DNA of 64,000 nucleotides from a virus (IMGVR_UViG_3300031998_000025:52731-116730), one strand, 5' to 3'; shown: positions 39,585-49,319, counted from the first letter of the stretch. Numbers and translations: made by a program. Notes: generated by a model from the letters alone, not told the origin.

Positions 39585-40607
39585 ATGCCGTCATTTCCGC
39601 TAGACATGAAGGGATACGTAAGGGCCAGGCACGTCATAGTGCCGGAGTTCAGCGTACGCGCCCACGTCACCAAGTCCCAGTGGGACGACAAGGCGGAGGG
39701 CTATGTCGAGAGGTCCCCGAAGGCGAACTACAACTTCCCGGACTTCGAGCACAATACCAAGCTCGGCTACGGCAACTATCTCAGGAAGCACAACGCCTAC
39801 CACGCCCAGAAGAAGTACTTCGATACGACGATGGACTGGATTAGGCTCCACGGGGACCACTTCCTGTACTACACGACTACATTCGACACTTCGGCGAACC
39901 CTCTCACCAAGGAAGACAACTCCCGTACTATCGACAGAGTGTTCGAGATTCCGATGAAGATTACCTTCACCCCGCAGAACGAGATTTACAAGCGGTTCGG
40001 TATCCAGTTCACCGACAAGACCGAGGTGTTCATCCACATGGGCCTGTTCCTCGAGAGGAACTACCGGAGCCTCATGGATGCGGGCATCAAGCCCCTGTGC
40101 GACCCGGGCACGCACGACCCACAGTGGTCCCAGCGCGGCTACTCGACCTTCTGCTACCACGGCTACACGGCCGCCCAGATATTCCCGAAGGCCGGCGACC
40201 TGTTGAAGCTCGAGTACAACAACATATTGTACACTATATCGTCCATCACGGACGAACTGCCGGACTACGAGTACATGTGGCACAAGTACTGGTGGAAGGC
40301 ATACATAGAGGTCGCCACCGACAGCGGCCAGAACGTCTCCCAGGATGTCATCGACAGCCCGGTCAACCAACACTTCATCGACAACCTGTTCGGCTCGACC
40401 TCCCTCGGGAAGGCCACAGACGGCACCGAGGACGCCTCCTCGAAGCTCGTGGACTCTACCGGGAACCCCCTGGTCATCGACAACGACACCCTGCTGTCCC
40501 TCAAGGAGGACGTCCTGTTCCGTCCCCCGGAGGTCGACAAGTGCGTCAAGGACATCACCGGGGACCCCAACTACTACCCGTGCGGCAACCTGCTCGGCGA
40601 GTGGTAG
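39585..40607 (+). CDS. gp14: Neck/head-completion protein, T4 gp14-like
   Basis: KRFGIQFTD and PKAGDLL motifs; close to gp13. Confidence 0.7.
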   Translation: MPSFPLDMKGYVRARHVIVPEFSVRAHVTKSQWDDKAEGYVERSPKANYNFPDFEHNTKLGYGNYLRKHNAYHAQKKYFDTTMDWIRLHGDHFLYYTTTFDTSANPLTKEDNSRTIDRVFEIPMKITFTPQNEIYKRFGIQFTDKTEVFIHMGLFLERNYRSLMDAGIKPLCDPGTHDPQWSQRGYSTFCYHGYTAAQIFPKAGDLLKLEYNNILYTISSITDELPDYEYMWHKYWWKAYIEVATDSGQNVSQDVIDSPVNQHFIDNLFGSTSLGKATDGTEDASSKLVDSTGNPLVIDNDTLLSLKEDVLFRPPEVDKCVKDITGDPNYYPCGNLLGEW

Positions 40608-40610
40608 GTT

Positions 40611-40624
40611 TTTTGCTATATTTG
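40611..40624 (+). promoter_or_regulatory. Early promoter, leaderless
   Basis: TTTTGCTATATTTG then GGGC then ATG. Confidence 0.7.
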
Positions 40625-40628
40625 GGGC

Positions 40629-41288
40629 ATGGCAGTTCATACATACCTTTCAATCGACACAGAGACCGGGGGCCTGTCCCCCGACAAGAACCCGCTTCTG
40701 CAGGTCGGCTTCGGGATTTATGCGCTTGACGACGCAACCCTCCAGTACACTACCGCATTCGAGGGGGAGTGGATATTCAAGCCCAGCCAGTTTCCCGGCA
40801 CCGAGATGGACGCTACCGCACTGAAGGTCAACGGGTTGGACCCGGAAGTGCTGGAAAGGGACGGCTGCATGGTGGAGGATGTCGGCAAGGTCCTGGAGGA
40901 ACAGCTCAAGCTCCACGAAGTGCACAATATCCTCGGGCAGAACCTCCGGTTCGACCTCGGGTTCCTCCGCAAGTACCTCCCGGCAACTACCGTGTTGGCA
41001 CTGGATTCGCTCAGGTACAAGGACCTGATGGACGTGTCCACCGACTACAACATGATGGTATGCGACGACTGGGACAACATGCCCAGCCGCTCCCTGGGCG
41101 CAATGGCGCCGAGACTGGGAGTCAAGAACGAGCATGCCCATACCGCGCTGTCGGATGCAAGGACGACCTTCATGTGCATGGTGGAAATGTTCAAGCGGTT
41201 CCGCATGATGTCGAGTATACTCAATACGGTAAAGAGCATCGACACAAACCTGCACCTGGCGAAGGCACTCATGGTAGACCTCAAGTAG
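40629..41288 (+). CDS. DnaQ-like DEDDh 3'-5' exonuclease
   Basis: IDTETGG, QNLRFD, HTALSD motifs. Confidence 0.92.
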   Translation: MAVHTYLSIDTETGGLSPDKNPLLQVGFGIYALDDATLQYTTAFEGEWIFKPSQFPGTEMDATALKVNGLDPEVLERDGCMVEDVGKVLEEQLKLHEVHNILGQNLRFDLGFLRKYLPATTVLALDSLRYKDLMDVSTDYNMMVCDDWDNMPSRSLGAMAPRLGVKNEHAHTALSDARTTFMCMVEMFKRFRMMSSILNTVKSIDTNLHLAKALMVDLK

Positions 41289-41308
41289 AATTTTGTCTGC
41301 TAGACGGG

Positions 41309-41335
41309 AAGGGCCGGGAGTAATCCCGGCCTTTT
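41309..41335. terminator. Terminator between convergent genes
   Basis: AAGGGCCGGGA-GTAA-TCCCGGCCTTTT. Confidence 0.75.
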
Positions 41336-41338
41336 CTG

Positions 41339-42094
41339 TTAGCTCAAGTCAGTCATCATGAGCGGGCCCGGCGACTCCTTCTGCATCAGCTCGAAGAGCT
41401 TGTCCCACTTGGCAAGGGCGTCACTGTAAATCTGCTGGCCGTTAATCTGGCCGCCTCCCGGAATGGTATAGGTGTCCCTCTTGAGAATCTCGCCCAGCTG
41501 AATCTGGGCGCGGGCCACGGCAAGGTCACGGAAGACGATGTTGTTGTAGAGTTCGGACATCTTCGCCTTGGTATAGACCATCGCTATCGCGTTCCTCGGG
41601 GTCTTAGGGGTGGGGAACACGCGGAGGATATGGTCAATCGGGTGCAGCTTGATGTTGTACTGCGTACCCACCAGCTTCTTCACGTCCTGAAGGTAGCGCA
41701 TCGCGCCGGCCATCGTCACCAGGTCAAACTGGCCGAGTCCGCCCATGCCGGCACCGCCGACACCGATGAGGGACTCGCCGGGACCGACGTCCCAGGCCAT
41801 CATCGGGGAGAAGGTGTTACCGTATGACGGGGTGAGCTCCACCACGTTCATCACTTCCTCGGGTACATGGTACTCGATTACTCCCGGCTGCAGCCTGATG
41901 AGCATGTAGTCCACGTAGGCCGACTCATCGAAGCAGTAACGGAACAGCCAGTCCGCAGTATCCTGTATGGCCATGTAGATGTGTCCGAGCCCCTTGTGCT
42001 CCTCGACCACCATCTCAATCTCGTTCACCTCGTCACCCATCCGGGCGCTGATGTAGCGGGCCATGTCGTCAGTAGTAATGAACTTTACCGGCAT
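41339..42094 (-). CDS. gp13: Neck protein, T4 gp13-like
   Basis: QLGEILK..IPGGGQING C-terminal motif; late motif at 42112-42121. Confidence 0.8.
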   Translation of the reverse strand: MPVKFITTDDMARYISARMGDEVNEIEMVVEEHKGLGHIYMAIQDTADWLFRYCFDESAYVDYMLIRLQPGVIEYHVPEEVMNVVELTPSYGNTFSPMMAWDVGPGESLIGVGGAGMGGLGQFDLVTMAGAMRYLQDVKKLVGTQYNIKLHPIDHILRVFPTPKTPRNAIAMVYTKAKMSELYNNIVFRDLAVARAQIQLGEILKRDTYTIPGGGQINGQQIYSDALAKWDKLFELMQKESPGPLMMTDLS

Positions 42095-42146
42095 ATCTTA
42101 CCTCTAAATGTGTAGTTTATATCCCGTCAGCACTAAACTATGTATT

Positions 42147-42860
42147 ATGAAGGCACTAGTCGACTACATCCATTATTCACCAGAAATATGCTGCATACTC
42201 GAATTTGGAAATGTAATGTTCGAGAGCCTAGAACCGTATCCGGAGGAAGTTTTCATCCGCCAGATGGAAATTCAGCTTCCTGGGTTTTCCAAATATGTAT
42301 CGGAACCGCCATTCGGGTCATATTTCGGCCACGTGATGGCCGGTGAAGGTGTGCTAGACCTGGCATCCATTGACGAACTCGAAAAGCTCGCAAGCAAGTT
42401 CTCGTATCGCCTGGCCAAGAACGCCATGCCGAAGGGATTGCTATTCAAGCCAGACCATGCACGGGCGGATATCCCGGTATCGGACAAGTTTATCCACCTC
42501 AGCCCGGTAGACGACCTCGACAGGAACGGGATACGTTGCAAGGCTTCCGGACGGTTCGAGCAGTATTCCCCAAGAGTATACCTGATTCCACTTGGCACCC
42601 TGGTAGACCACCACCTGCCACCTGAAGACATGTACTACAAGATAATGGAATCCTGCATACCGGTAGCCTCCCGGTTTAACGACTTATATCTCAGTAAGGG
42701 GTTCATTAGCGAACGGGAATCTTATTTTGTCTACCTGGTGACCCTACCGGAAACTTATCCACTATACAACGACATGTCCTCGCATGATGGTTCCGTTTAC
42801 GTACTCAACGAAATACCCGGAAAATTCGTAAGTAAAATAGGAACGCTGGAGAAACCATGA
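42147..42860 (+). CDS. Hypothetical protein with ART/Tpt1-like fold (paralogue A)
   Basis: FIHLSP..NGI..RVYL..SVYV.N.IP pattern; start MKALV at 42147. Confidence 0.6.
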   Translation: MKALVDYIHYSPEICCILEFGNVMFESLEPYPEEVFIRQMEIQLPGFSKYVSEPPFGSYFGHVMAGEGVLDLASIDELEKLASKFSYRLAKNAMPKGLLFKPDHARADIPVSDKFIHLSPVDDLDRNGIRCKASGRFEQYSPRVYLIPLGTLVDHHLPPEDMYYKIMESCIPVASRFNDLYLSKGFISERESYFVYLVTLPETYPLYNDMSSHDGSVYVLNEIPGKFVSKIGTLEKP

Positions 42861-43567
42861 ATTGCCTAGTAGACTATTTCCGCTGGCCGGACGAATTTAG
42901 ATGGCAGGAAGCCTTCCGGCATACCATGTTCGAGAGCCTGCAGCCATATCCCGAGGAGGTGTTCATCCGACAGATGAACATCAAGTTCCCGGGCTTCTCC
43001 GATTACGTCATGCCGAACCCGCTGGGGTTCTCCCTGGGAAGTATCGTGGCAAACTCCGCGGTACTCAAGCTTGCCACCCGGGAGGAACTGGAGAAACAGG
43101 CGAATGCACTTTCCTACCGGATAGCGTCACCAGAATCATATAAGGGGCTAATATTCAAGCCGGATAAAATACCAAGTGACCTCCCGGTAGGTTCCAAGTT
43201 CATACACATTAGTCCAGTCCCCGAACTGGGCGTGAATGGTATACGCTGCAAGGCTTCCGGTAAGTTCGAGGAATACGACAAGCGTATATACCTGATGCCT
43301 GTTAGCGAAATGGTTATACCAGGTTCAAGCCAGGAGGACATGTACGCACAGGTCATAGAGCAATCCCGGAAGCTTGCCCACCGATTCAACAACAAGTACA
43401 TCGAAACCGGCAAGATAGATGACAGGGAATCGTACTACATCTACCTGGTTGACCTGCCGGAGAAATATTCCCTGTATGAAGACGACGCACTGGAAGGCTC
43501 GGTCTACGTAATCAACAACATTCCACACCATTTCGTTGAGGAAATAGGATATCTGGAGAAACCATGA
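42857..43567 (+). CDS. Hypothetical protein with ART/Tpt1-like fold (paralogue B)
   Basis: Full-length similarity to the upstream gene; both end LEKP. Confidence 0.6.
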   Translation: MNCLVDYFRWPDEFRWQEAFRHTMFESLQPYPEEVFIRQMNIKFPGFSDYVMPNPLGFSLGSIVANSAVLKLATREELEKQANALSYRIASPESYKGLIFKPDKIPSDLPVGSKFIHISPVPELGVNGIRCKASGKFEEYDKRIYLMPVSEMVIPGSSQEDMYAQVIEQSRKLAHRFNNKYIETGKIDDRESYYIYLVDLPEKYSLYEDDALEGSVYVINNIPHHFVEEIGYLEKP

Positions 43568-44079
43568 CCGACGAGAACTACATAACCAACGACATGATGT
43601 TCATGAAGTACATCTCCGAACTCACGAACAACCAGCCGATGACGGATACGATATGCCGCATCAACACGGCATGCTCCGACCCGGACTTCAAGGGCGAGGA
43701 CGGACTCAACGCTACCGAGGCGTTCGCCCAGAGACTGTACAACGCAGTCCCCCTGATGGACCTGGTGACCGATATCTGCCGAATAAGGGACCTCATCTAC
43801 GGAGACGGTTCCATTACCCTGGATGTCGACCCTACATACCGGGATGCCACGGTAGAGACCGAGGCACGCCCGAAGAACCAGACCATTGCCTGGTTCCAGG
43901 CCGTCAAGCCCCAGGGCCCCGACATGGCCGACCAGATGAGGGGGATGCGGGAACGGATGCACGACATGAAATTCAATCCAATGAAGGCAATCGAGGACGA
44001 CCGCAGAGCCAACATGTCCGAGCTGGAGAGGCTCCTATACGATATGCCCGAGCAAAACCCGTTCTACGACCGGTTCTGA
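43564..44079 (+). CDS. Hypothetical protein
   Basis: ATGA-coupled ORF. Confidence 0.7.
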   Translation: MTDENYITNDMMFMKYISELTNNQPMTDTICRINTACSDPDFKGEDGLNATEAFAQRLYNAVPLMDLVTDICRIRDLIYGDGSITLDVDPTYRDATVETEARPKNQTIAWFQAVKPQGPDMADQMRGMRERMHDMKFNPMKAIEDDRRANMSELERLLYDMPEQNPFYDRF

Positions 44080-44115
44080 TTTTGCTATATTTGGGGCATA
44101 ACCAAGGAGAATCCT

Positions 44116-44424
44116 ATGAACATGACGTCAGAAGATACCCCGGTAGCCCCCGAGCAGGCACCGGAAGAACAGCCGAAGTTCACCGAGGCCCAGCTGAAGA
44201 AGATGCAGGAGAACCTGCGCAGGATGCAGAACGACCCCGAGATGATGCGCCGGTTTCAGAACATGCAGCGCCGCGACATGGAGTTCGACGAGCTCATGAA
44301 GATGACCCCGGAACGCCGTTCCGCCCTCCTCTTCCACGGCCAGTGCGTACTGAGCTACTACGAGAAGGAACGTGCCAAGGAGCGCGACAAGCGCGAGCGC
44401 CATAAGGAACAGCAGGCTGCCTAG
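44116..44424 (+). CDS. Hypothetical early protein
   Basis: Early promoter at 44080-44093, RBS AAGGAG. Confidence 0.75.
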   Translation: MNMTSEDTPVAPEQAPEEQPKFTEAQLKKMQENLRRMQNDPEMMRRFQNMQRRDMEFDELMKMTPERRSALLFHGQCVLSYYEKERAKERDKRERHKEQQAA

Positions 44425-44450
44425 ACTTTAACCTCTTGTTGAGATAGAAT

Positions 44451-44478
44451 GAAGCCACCGGTTAATCCCGGTGGCTTT
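44451..44478. terminator. Intrinsic terminator
   Basis: AAGCCACCGGG-TTAAT-CCCGGTGGCTTT. Confidence 0.75.
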
Positions 44479-44565
44479 CTACGTTGGCTTTGTCCACCCA
44501 AGTTGTTGCTCAGGCATTTTTCGCTACGAAATGAACGGGAGTTAGCCTATTGCAAATATAGCAAT

Positions 44566-45021
44566 GGCTATGTCCACCCAAAGTGTTGCTAGTTTTAAGG
44601 CATAGCCTTGATTTCCTTTATGTATTCAAACTCGTCACATTGGTCGTTGTCATCAAGATTCTTGAAATACAATCCGGTCAATTTGTCTTCTAGTAATATA
44701 GCGTCTTTCCAAACACCATCTACTTTATCATTATTTTCATATCCCCAGATAATCTCATAGTGAATATCTGGGCTTGGTTCAGCATTAGTCACTTCTTCGA
44801 CATATGCTCTAGCTAGTTTTTTAGACAGACGTATGACTTCTCGCCATATCGAATGTTCCATATTGTCAGTTTTGCCTGACACACCCAGCATATTCTTGGC
44901 TTCCGTAAAGAAGTTGTGCATATTATTGTTGTTTGATTTCATGTTTTTATTCCTCGTTTTGAAAGCACCGATAAACCCTACTTTCGTTCATTTTTAGGCA
45001 ACACTTTGGGTGGACATAGCC
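44566..45021. mobile_element. Inner IS1595-type non-autonomous cassette with passenger gene
   Basis: Perfect 24-bp IR GGCTATGTCCACCCAAAGTGTTGC; TSD ATAGCAAT at 44558-44565 and 45022-45029. Confidence 0.88.
44595..44942 (-). CDS. Low-GC passenger hypothetical protein
   Basis: 115-aa ORF with RBS GAGG, inside the inner IRs. Confidence 0.7.
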   Translation of the reverse strand: MKSNNNNMHNFFTEAKNMLGVSGKTDNMEHSIWREVIRLSKKLARAYVEEVTNAEPSPDIHYEIIWGYENNDKVDGVWKDAILLEDKLTGLYFKNLDDNDQCDEFEYIKEIKAMP

Positions 45022-45080
45022 ATAGCAATTTATTTTTGGTTATGCAATAGCAACACTTTGGGTTGACATAGCCTCTACGT

Positions 45081-45293
45081 TCATAACGGCATAATCTTCC
45101 GTACCTTCCAGGTCCTCCCGGTATCCCCCGGCACCAGCTCGAGCATCACCCGTTTCCCGTCATGCTCGGCCATCCGCCTCACCGGCGCATCAAGGAAGAA
45201 GTTGACGTTCCTGTCCACATACAGGAAAGGGAAGAACTCGCTGCCTATCGCACGGAACACAACTGTCCCGACTATGCACATACCAGGTTTCAT
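45081..45293 (-). CDS. Hypothetical protein
   Basis: ATGA-coupled ORF. Confidence 0.55.
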   Translation of the reverse strand: MKPGMCIVGTVVFRAIGSEFFPFLYVDRNVNFFLDAPVRRMAEHDGKRVMLELVPGDTGRTWKVRKIMPL

Positions 45294-45689
45294 TGTCGGC
45301 TCTCCATGTATGCCACGTTAGACTTGGGGTCCGGCAGCCTCCCGTCCTGGAAGATGAACCCGTTCCTCAGGTAGAAGTCGAATGCATCCCGCTTGGCCAC
45401 CAGCCGCACGTCGTCGTACTCGTCCAGTACACGCCTGACCAGCCTGGAGCCGATACCCTTCCCCCTCATGTCCGCCCGCACCTCCAGAGCCCACAGCTTC
45501 GCATACAGCGGGTAGGCGTCCGGGTCCACAATGGCTATTCCAACGGTATCGCCATCCACTTCATAGGCGAACACCGGTAGACCGTCGAAGTCGTTCTTCT
45601 CGCACATCGCCTTTATCAGGTTAAGATGGGAAATCCCCGGGAGGTCACCGGGATTGGTGGGCATAGTTATCTTCTTGATTGTTTCCATC
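45290..45689 (-). CDS. GNAT acetyltransferase
   Basis: LEVRADMRGKGIGSRL and FYLRNGF motifs; probable start METIK. Confidence 0.88.
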
Positions 45690-45701
45690 GCACTACAGAA
45701 A

Positions 45702-46292
45702 CTAGTGCTTCCAGTTGAAATGCGACGGGAATGCGTCAACGAATCCTGCCAGGGTCAGCATGCCGTCGTAATCATCCCAGGTGCGGATACGGTTTGAATA
45801 TACCGGCTTGCCGTCGGGAGGTACTGCCACAGTCACGTGGGGAATCTCGTTCTTGGTCACGATGTCTCCCGAAACTTCCACGGCTATCGCGTCGGTACTG
45901 GTACCGATACGGGTAACCGACATCTCCACACGCTTGCCCAGGTTCTTTGCCAGGTACATCAATACCTCCCGGTCATCCGATGGGTCCCCGAAGGCGATTG
46001 TGCAGTGGTGGCAGAACATCTTCCACCCGTTGGGTACATAGGGGAACATGGCATCCACCAGGGCTTTCCGGGAGGCGTCATCAAGGAATATGCCGAAGTA
46101 GACCGGCTTGCGCCCGTCACCCAGGTCCATCATGTGCTGCATGTTGTAGCCGACGTTCCATGCCTCGGCGTGCTCCCTGGTCCACTGGACCATCCTGCGC
46201 TCGCCAAGGTCTGTGCCGGCCTTCTCGGAAGCTATGTACTTGTCGCGGAGCATCTCCTCCGCCTGCGCCTCAGCCCGTTTCTTCAAGTCCAT
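45702..46292 (-). CDS. 2H phosphoesterase (cyclic phosphodiesterase)-like protein with N-terminal DUF4032-like helix
   Basis: Two HxT motifs: HHCTI and PHVTV; early promoter at 46318-46331. Confidence 0.75.
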   Translation of the reverse strand: MDLKKRAEAQAEEMLRDKYIASEKAGTDLGERRMVQWTREHAEAWNVGYNMQHMMDLGDGRKPVYFGIFLDDASRKALVDAMFPYVPNGWKMFCHHCTIAFGDPSDDREVLMYLAKNLGKRVEMSVTRIGTSTDAIAVEVSGDIVTKNEIPHVTVAVPPDGKPVYSNRIRTWDDYDGMLTLAGFVDAFPSHFNWKH

Positions 46293-46341
46293 CGCAGCCT
46301 CCTATGCTAACTTGTTCCAAATATAGCAAAAATATCAACAG

Positions 46342-47109
46342 TTAAATATCGCGTACTAGTCGCACGCTTTCCTCCCAAGACTTAAATGCATTTTTAAAAC
46401 CTATACGCCCCGTACAGCAAAACCACAAAGCCGCAGCAAGGTCTTCTGCAATTTCCGTTGACGTCCAATACATTGCATTACTCTTTATTTTCAACGCATG
46501 TAAGACATAATACGCCCTTCTATGACGGTAATACGCCTCATCATGTGCTTTGTCATTGGCAAACCTATCCTTGATACCTTGTACAGTTCTGCTGAACCGG
46601 GTTCCTTCGACAAATCTAATAACTCGTTGCCAGTCTTTCATCGTAGGTAAACGCCATCCATCTTTAGAATAGCCGTCTGCAATCTGCATTGCCTCAGACC
46701 ACGTACATTTGTTCTTGCGGGTTCTGGGGTTCACCAAGTCCTGACACATAAATTCTAGTCCATTAATAGCCACCGTGTTATCGGAAGTTTTTATGATGTC
46801 AATATCTGGTGCTATACCATATTCATGGCCATGTGCGTCATAAAATATTTCAGATATATCGCCAGAATGCTCATCAGAAATCGGTTCGTAATGCAATCCG
46901 GTTGACCCATTATTTCGAATGTCATCGCGAACTGAATTAGCATAACGACTAAAATACCCATCCTCAAGTAAGACATTATCCTTATTTATAATGCTTTCAC
47001 AGTATGTCTTAAATCCTTCCTGCAACGCCCGTTCGGCCTCTTCCGGCAGAGCATGCTGAACGGCAACATTATGAATATATTCGCTGTATGTAGATTCAAT
47101 AAGGTTCAT
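46342..47109 (-). CDS. CLec-fold (DUF1566/FISUMP-like) protein, low GC
   Basis: TWSEAM, GWRLPT, YWTSTE, SVRLVRD motifs. Confidence 0.75.
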   Translation of the reverse strand: MNLIESTYSEYIHNVAVQHALPEEAERALQEGFKTYCESIINKDNVLLEDGYFSRYANSVRDDIRNNGSTGLHYEPISDEHSGDISEIFYDAHGHEYGIAPDIDIIKTSDNTVAINGLEFMCQDLVNPRTRKNKCTWSEAMQIADGYSKDGWRLPTMKDWQRVIRFVEGTRFSRTVQGIKDRFANDKAHDEAYYRHRRAYYVLHALKIKSNAMYWTSTEIAEDLAAALWFCCTGRIGFKNAFKSWEESVRLVRDI

Positions 47110-47118
47110 AATATCCTC

Positions 47119-47658
47119 CTAGAACTGGAACCTTGACCACTTGTATATGATTGTGGTAATCTTCTCGTCGAAGTCCGCGAAGATGTTCTTGACTCCCTCG
47201 CTGAATTTCGGGTTCTTCCCGAAAGCCTCCTGCATCCTTGCCTGGAGGTTCTTCAGGTGGGAAAGGACCGCATCGTCGGACTTGTCGGTACTGGGGAACT
47301 TGGGAGCTTCCTTGACCTCGATGTCCTTGTCGGTAATGGCGATGTATGTCTCGGCGAGCTGGTCGCCAGTATCCCTACAGAGGTCATATGCCTCGTTGAG
47401 AAGTTCGTGCTTGCTGTTGTTGGAGACGTTCCAGTGGATAACGTTCAGCGCGTTGGATTCGGTAAGCAGCCAAACCGCCATGTCCTTCAGGGTGGCATAG
47501 CTGTCGCCCTTCCCGTCGGACGCTTCCATGATGGGAGCCATCCTGCCCGCGGCCGCCATAGCGGTCACCGACTCGCAAATGCCCATGATGAGGTCGGCCT
47601 TCTCCTCGTCGCCTACCACACCCATGATGCCCTCGCGCAGAACTGCCTTCATCGACAT
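47119..47658 (-). CDS. Ferritin/Dps-like four-helix protein (DUF5856-like)
   Basis: IHWNV..KHELL..YD..DQLAE motif. Confidence 0.7.
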   Translation of the reverse strand: MSMKAVLREGIMGVVGDEEKADLIMGICESVTAMAAAGRMAPIMEASDGKGDSYATLKDMAVWLLTESNALNVIHWNVSNNSKHELLNEAYDLCRDTGDQLAETYIAITDKDIEVKEAPKFPSTDKSDDAVLSHLKNLQARMQEAFGKNPKFSEGVKNIFADFDEKITTIIYKWSRFQF

Positions 47659-47684
47659 ATAAATACCTCTTTGTTTACAATCGG

Positions 47685-47717
47685 GAGTTTATACCGGTCC
47701 TTGCCGGGATAAACTGA
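47685..47717. promoter_or_regulatory. Back-to-back late promoters
   Basis: GAGTTTATA and ATAAACTGA. Confidence 0.65.
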
Positions 47718-47733
47718 GCGCGGAGGGAAAAAT

Positions 47734-48702
47734 ATGCATCCCAGTACAATAGCCGAAAAGGAGGCTAAATTCGCTGGCGACCTCAAGCTCGCCAACGGTA
47801 TCCAGCTCACCATGAATTCCGTCAATGACATCGGGAACGGTTTCTCAGTCAAGTCAATCCGCCCGCCGGAGCAGAACTATTACTACAAGGCCGACACCAA
47901 GAAAAAGAGCATCTGCCTGCACTTCACCGTCGGATACATCCTTTCCGACATCGCTGCGCTGTCCAAGAACGACAGCCATATCTCTGTTTCTTACGTAGTT
48001 GACCGTTCGGGCAACATCTACGAGCTATTCCCGGACAACTTCTGGTCATACCACCTGGGCAACGGGGCAATCGGCGGGAACACCGCCATGTCCAAGCAGT
48101 CCATCGGCATAGAGATTTCAAACTACGGCCCCCTGTCCGAGAAGGACGGGAACATGGTCGATACATACGGCAACACCTACTGCACGACCTGGGAGACCAA
48201 CTACTACGAAAGGAAGGACTACAGGGGCAAGTCGGCCTTCGCCACCATGCCCAGTACCCAGGTCAACGCGGTGGCCACCCTTATACAGTACCTGAGCGAA
48301 AAACACTCGATTCCCATGACTTTCTCCTGTACCGACGACGTATTCAAGTCGGCTGACGAGGCACTGTCGTTCGAGGGAATCTTCACCCACAGCAACGTGC
48401 GCAAGGACAAGTTCGACTGGCCCATGTGCGAGGCTCTGGAGTCCATCATGGTACACTGCGTACCCCCGCTGTCTGAACCGGTGGACGAACCGGAAGTAGA
48501 ACCCGAAGCAGAACCGGAAGCTCCCGACGAGACTCCCGAGGAAGCGCCGGAAGCTCCCGCAGCCGACCCAGAGACGCCGGCATGCCTCCCGGAAGATACC
48601 GCGGAGACACCGGCAGCACCCGCTGTACAGAAGAAAAGTTCCCTCGGCGAAATACTGAAGGAACTCATCATGAAGATTGCCGGGATTTTCCGGAAGGACT
48701 AG
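47734..48702 (+). CDS. N-acetylmuramoyl-L-alanine amidase (endolysin) with Pro/Glu-rich linker and C-terminal amphipathic helix
   Basis: ICLHFT, WSYHLG, SIGIE, FTHSNV..KFD Amidase_2 motifs. Confidence 0.88.
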   Translation: MHPSTIAEKEAKFAGDLKLANGIQLTMNSVNDIGNGFSVKSIRPPEQNYYYKADTKKKSICLHFTVGYILSDIAALSKNDSHISVSYVVDRSGNIYELFPDNFWSYHLGNGAIGGNTAMSKQSIGIEISNYGPLSEKDGNMVDTYGNTYCTTWETNYYERKDYRGKSAFATMPSTQVNAVATLIQYLSEKHSIPMTFSCTDDVFKSADEALSFEGIFTHSNVRKDKFDWPMCEALESIMVHCVPPLSEPVDEPEVEPEAEPEAPDETPEEAPEAPAADPETPACLPEDTAETPAAPAVQKKSSLGEILKELIMKIAGIFRKD

Positions 48703-49319
48703 GCTTCGTCCACGTTCATCTCTGGCTCCGCCGGTTCCTCGGCGGCCTTTGCCTTCGCCTTGCGGAAACGCTTGGGCCTAGACGGCTTTTCTTCAGGTAC
48801 CGTCACAGGGACCTCGTTGAGCCTGGTCTCGCTTTCAGCCGGGACGGCCTCGAACATGAACTCGCCTTCTGCGGTGGAGATGCCGTTGGCGTTGGCCTTC
48901 ACCTCCGCTGGGGCTTCCTTGGTCTCTTCCGGTGCCGCCGGGTTGAAGAACATAGCACCGAAGTCCATCGTGTCGAGCTGGGCGAGGAACTTCTTGTACT
49001 CGTCCTTGTACTTGGCGATAAGCGCCTGGTTGCTTGCACCGCTCACGTCACCCTTCCAGCCCTGCATCTCGCGGCGCTTTGCGGCAGCCGCCTTGGCGAT
49101 GCGTTCGGCCACCGTGAGTGTAGCCTTCCTGTCTTCCGCGCTGGGCGGCTTCGCCGGTACCGACGCTGCCGCCTTGTATGCCGCCTGCTTGCGAATGCGG
49201 TCGGCCACGCTCATTGCCGCGCCGGCGTTCCCGGCCGACGCCGAAGCCGGCCTGGCCACGTTCGCCGCATGTTTAATCCTGGCCTGCCTGGCCATCCTTT
49301 CTGCGATACTCAATGCCAT
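48699..49319 (-). CDS. Ala/Lys/Arg-rich low-complexity protein
   Basis: Three S/T-(I/V)-A-(E/D)-R repeats; RBS GGAG. Confidence 0.7.
   Translation of the reverse strand: MALSIAERMARQARIKHAANVARPASASAGNAGAAMSVADRIRKQAAYKAAASVPAKPPSAEDRKATLTVAERIAKAAAAKRREMQGWKGDVSGASNQALIAKYKDEYKKFLAQLDTMDFGAMFFNPAAPEETKEAPAEVKANANGISTAEGEFMFEAVPAESETRLNEVPVTVPEEKPSRPKRFRKAKAKAAEEPAEPEMNVDEA

Larger units (their letters stand above)
44486..45073. mobile_element. Outer IS1595-type MITE (124 bp once the inner element is removed)
   Basis: 24-bp imperfect IRs at 44486-44509 and 45050-45073; TSD TCTACGTT at 44478-44485 and 45074-45081. Confidence 0.85.
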
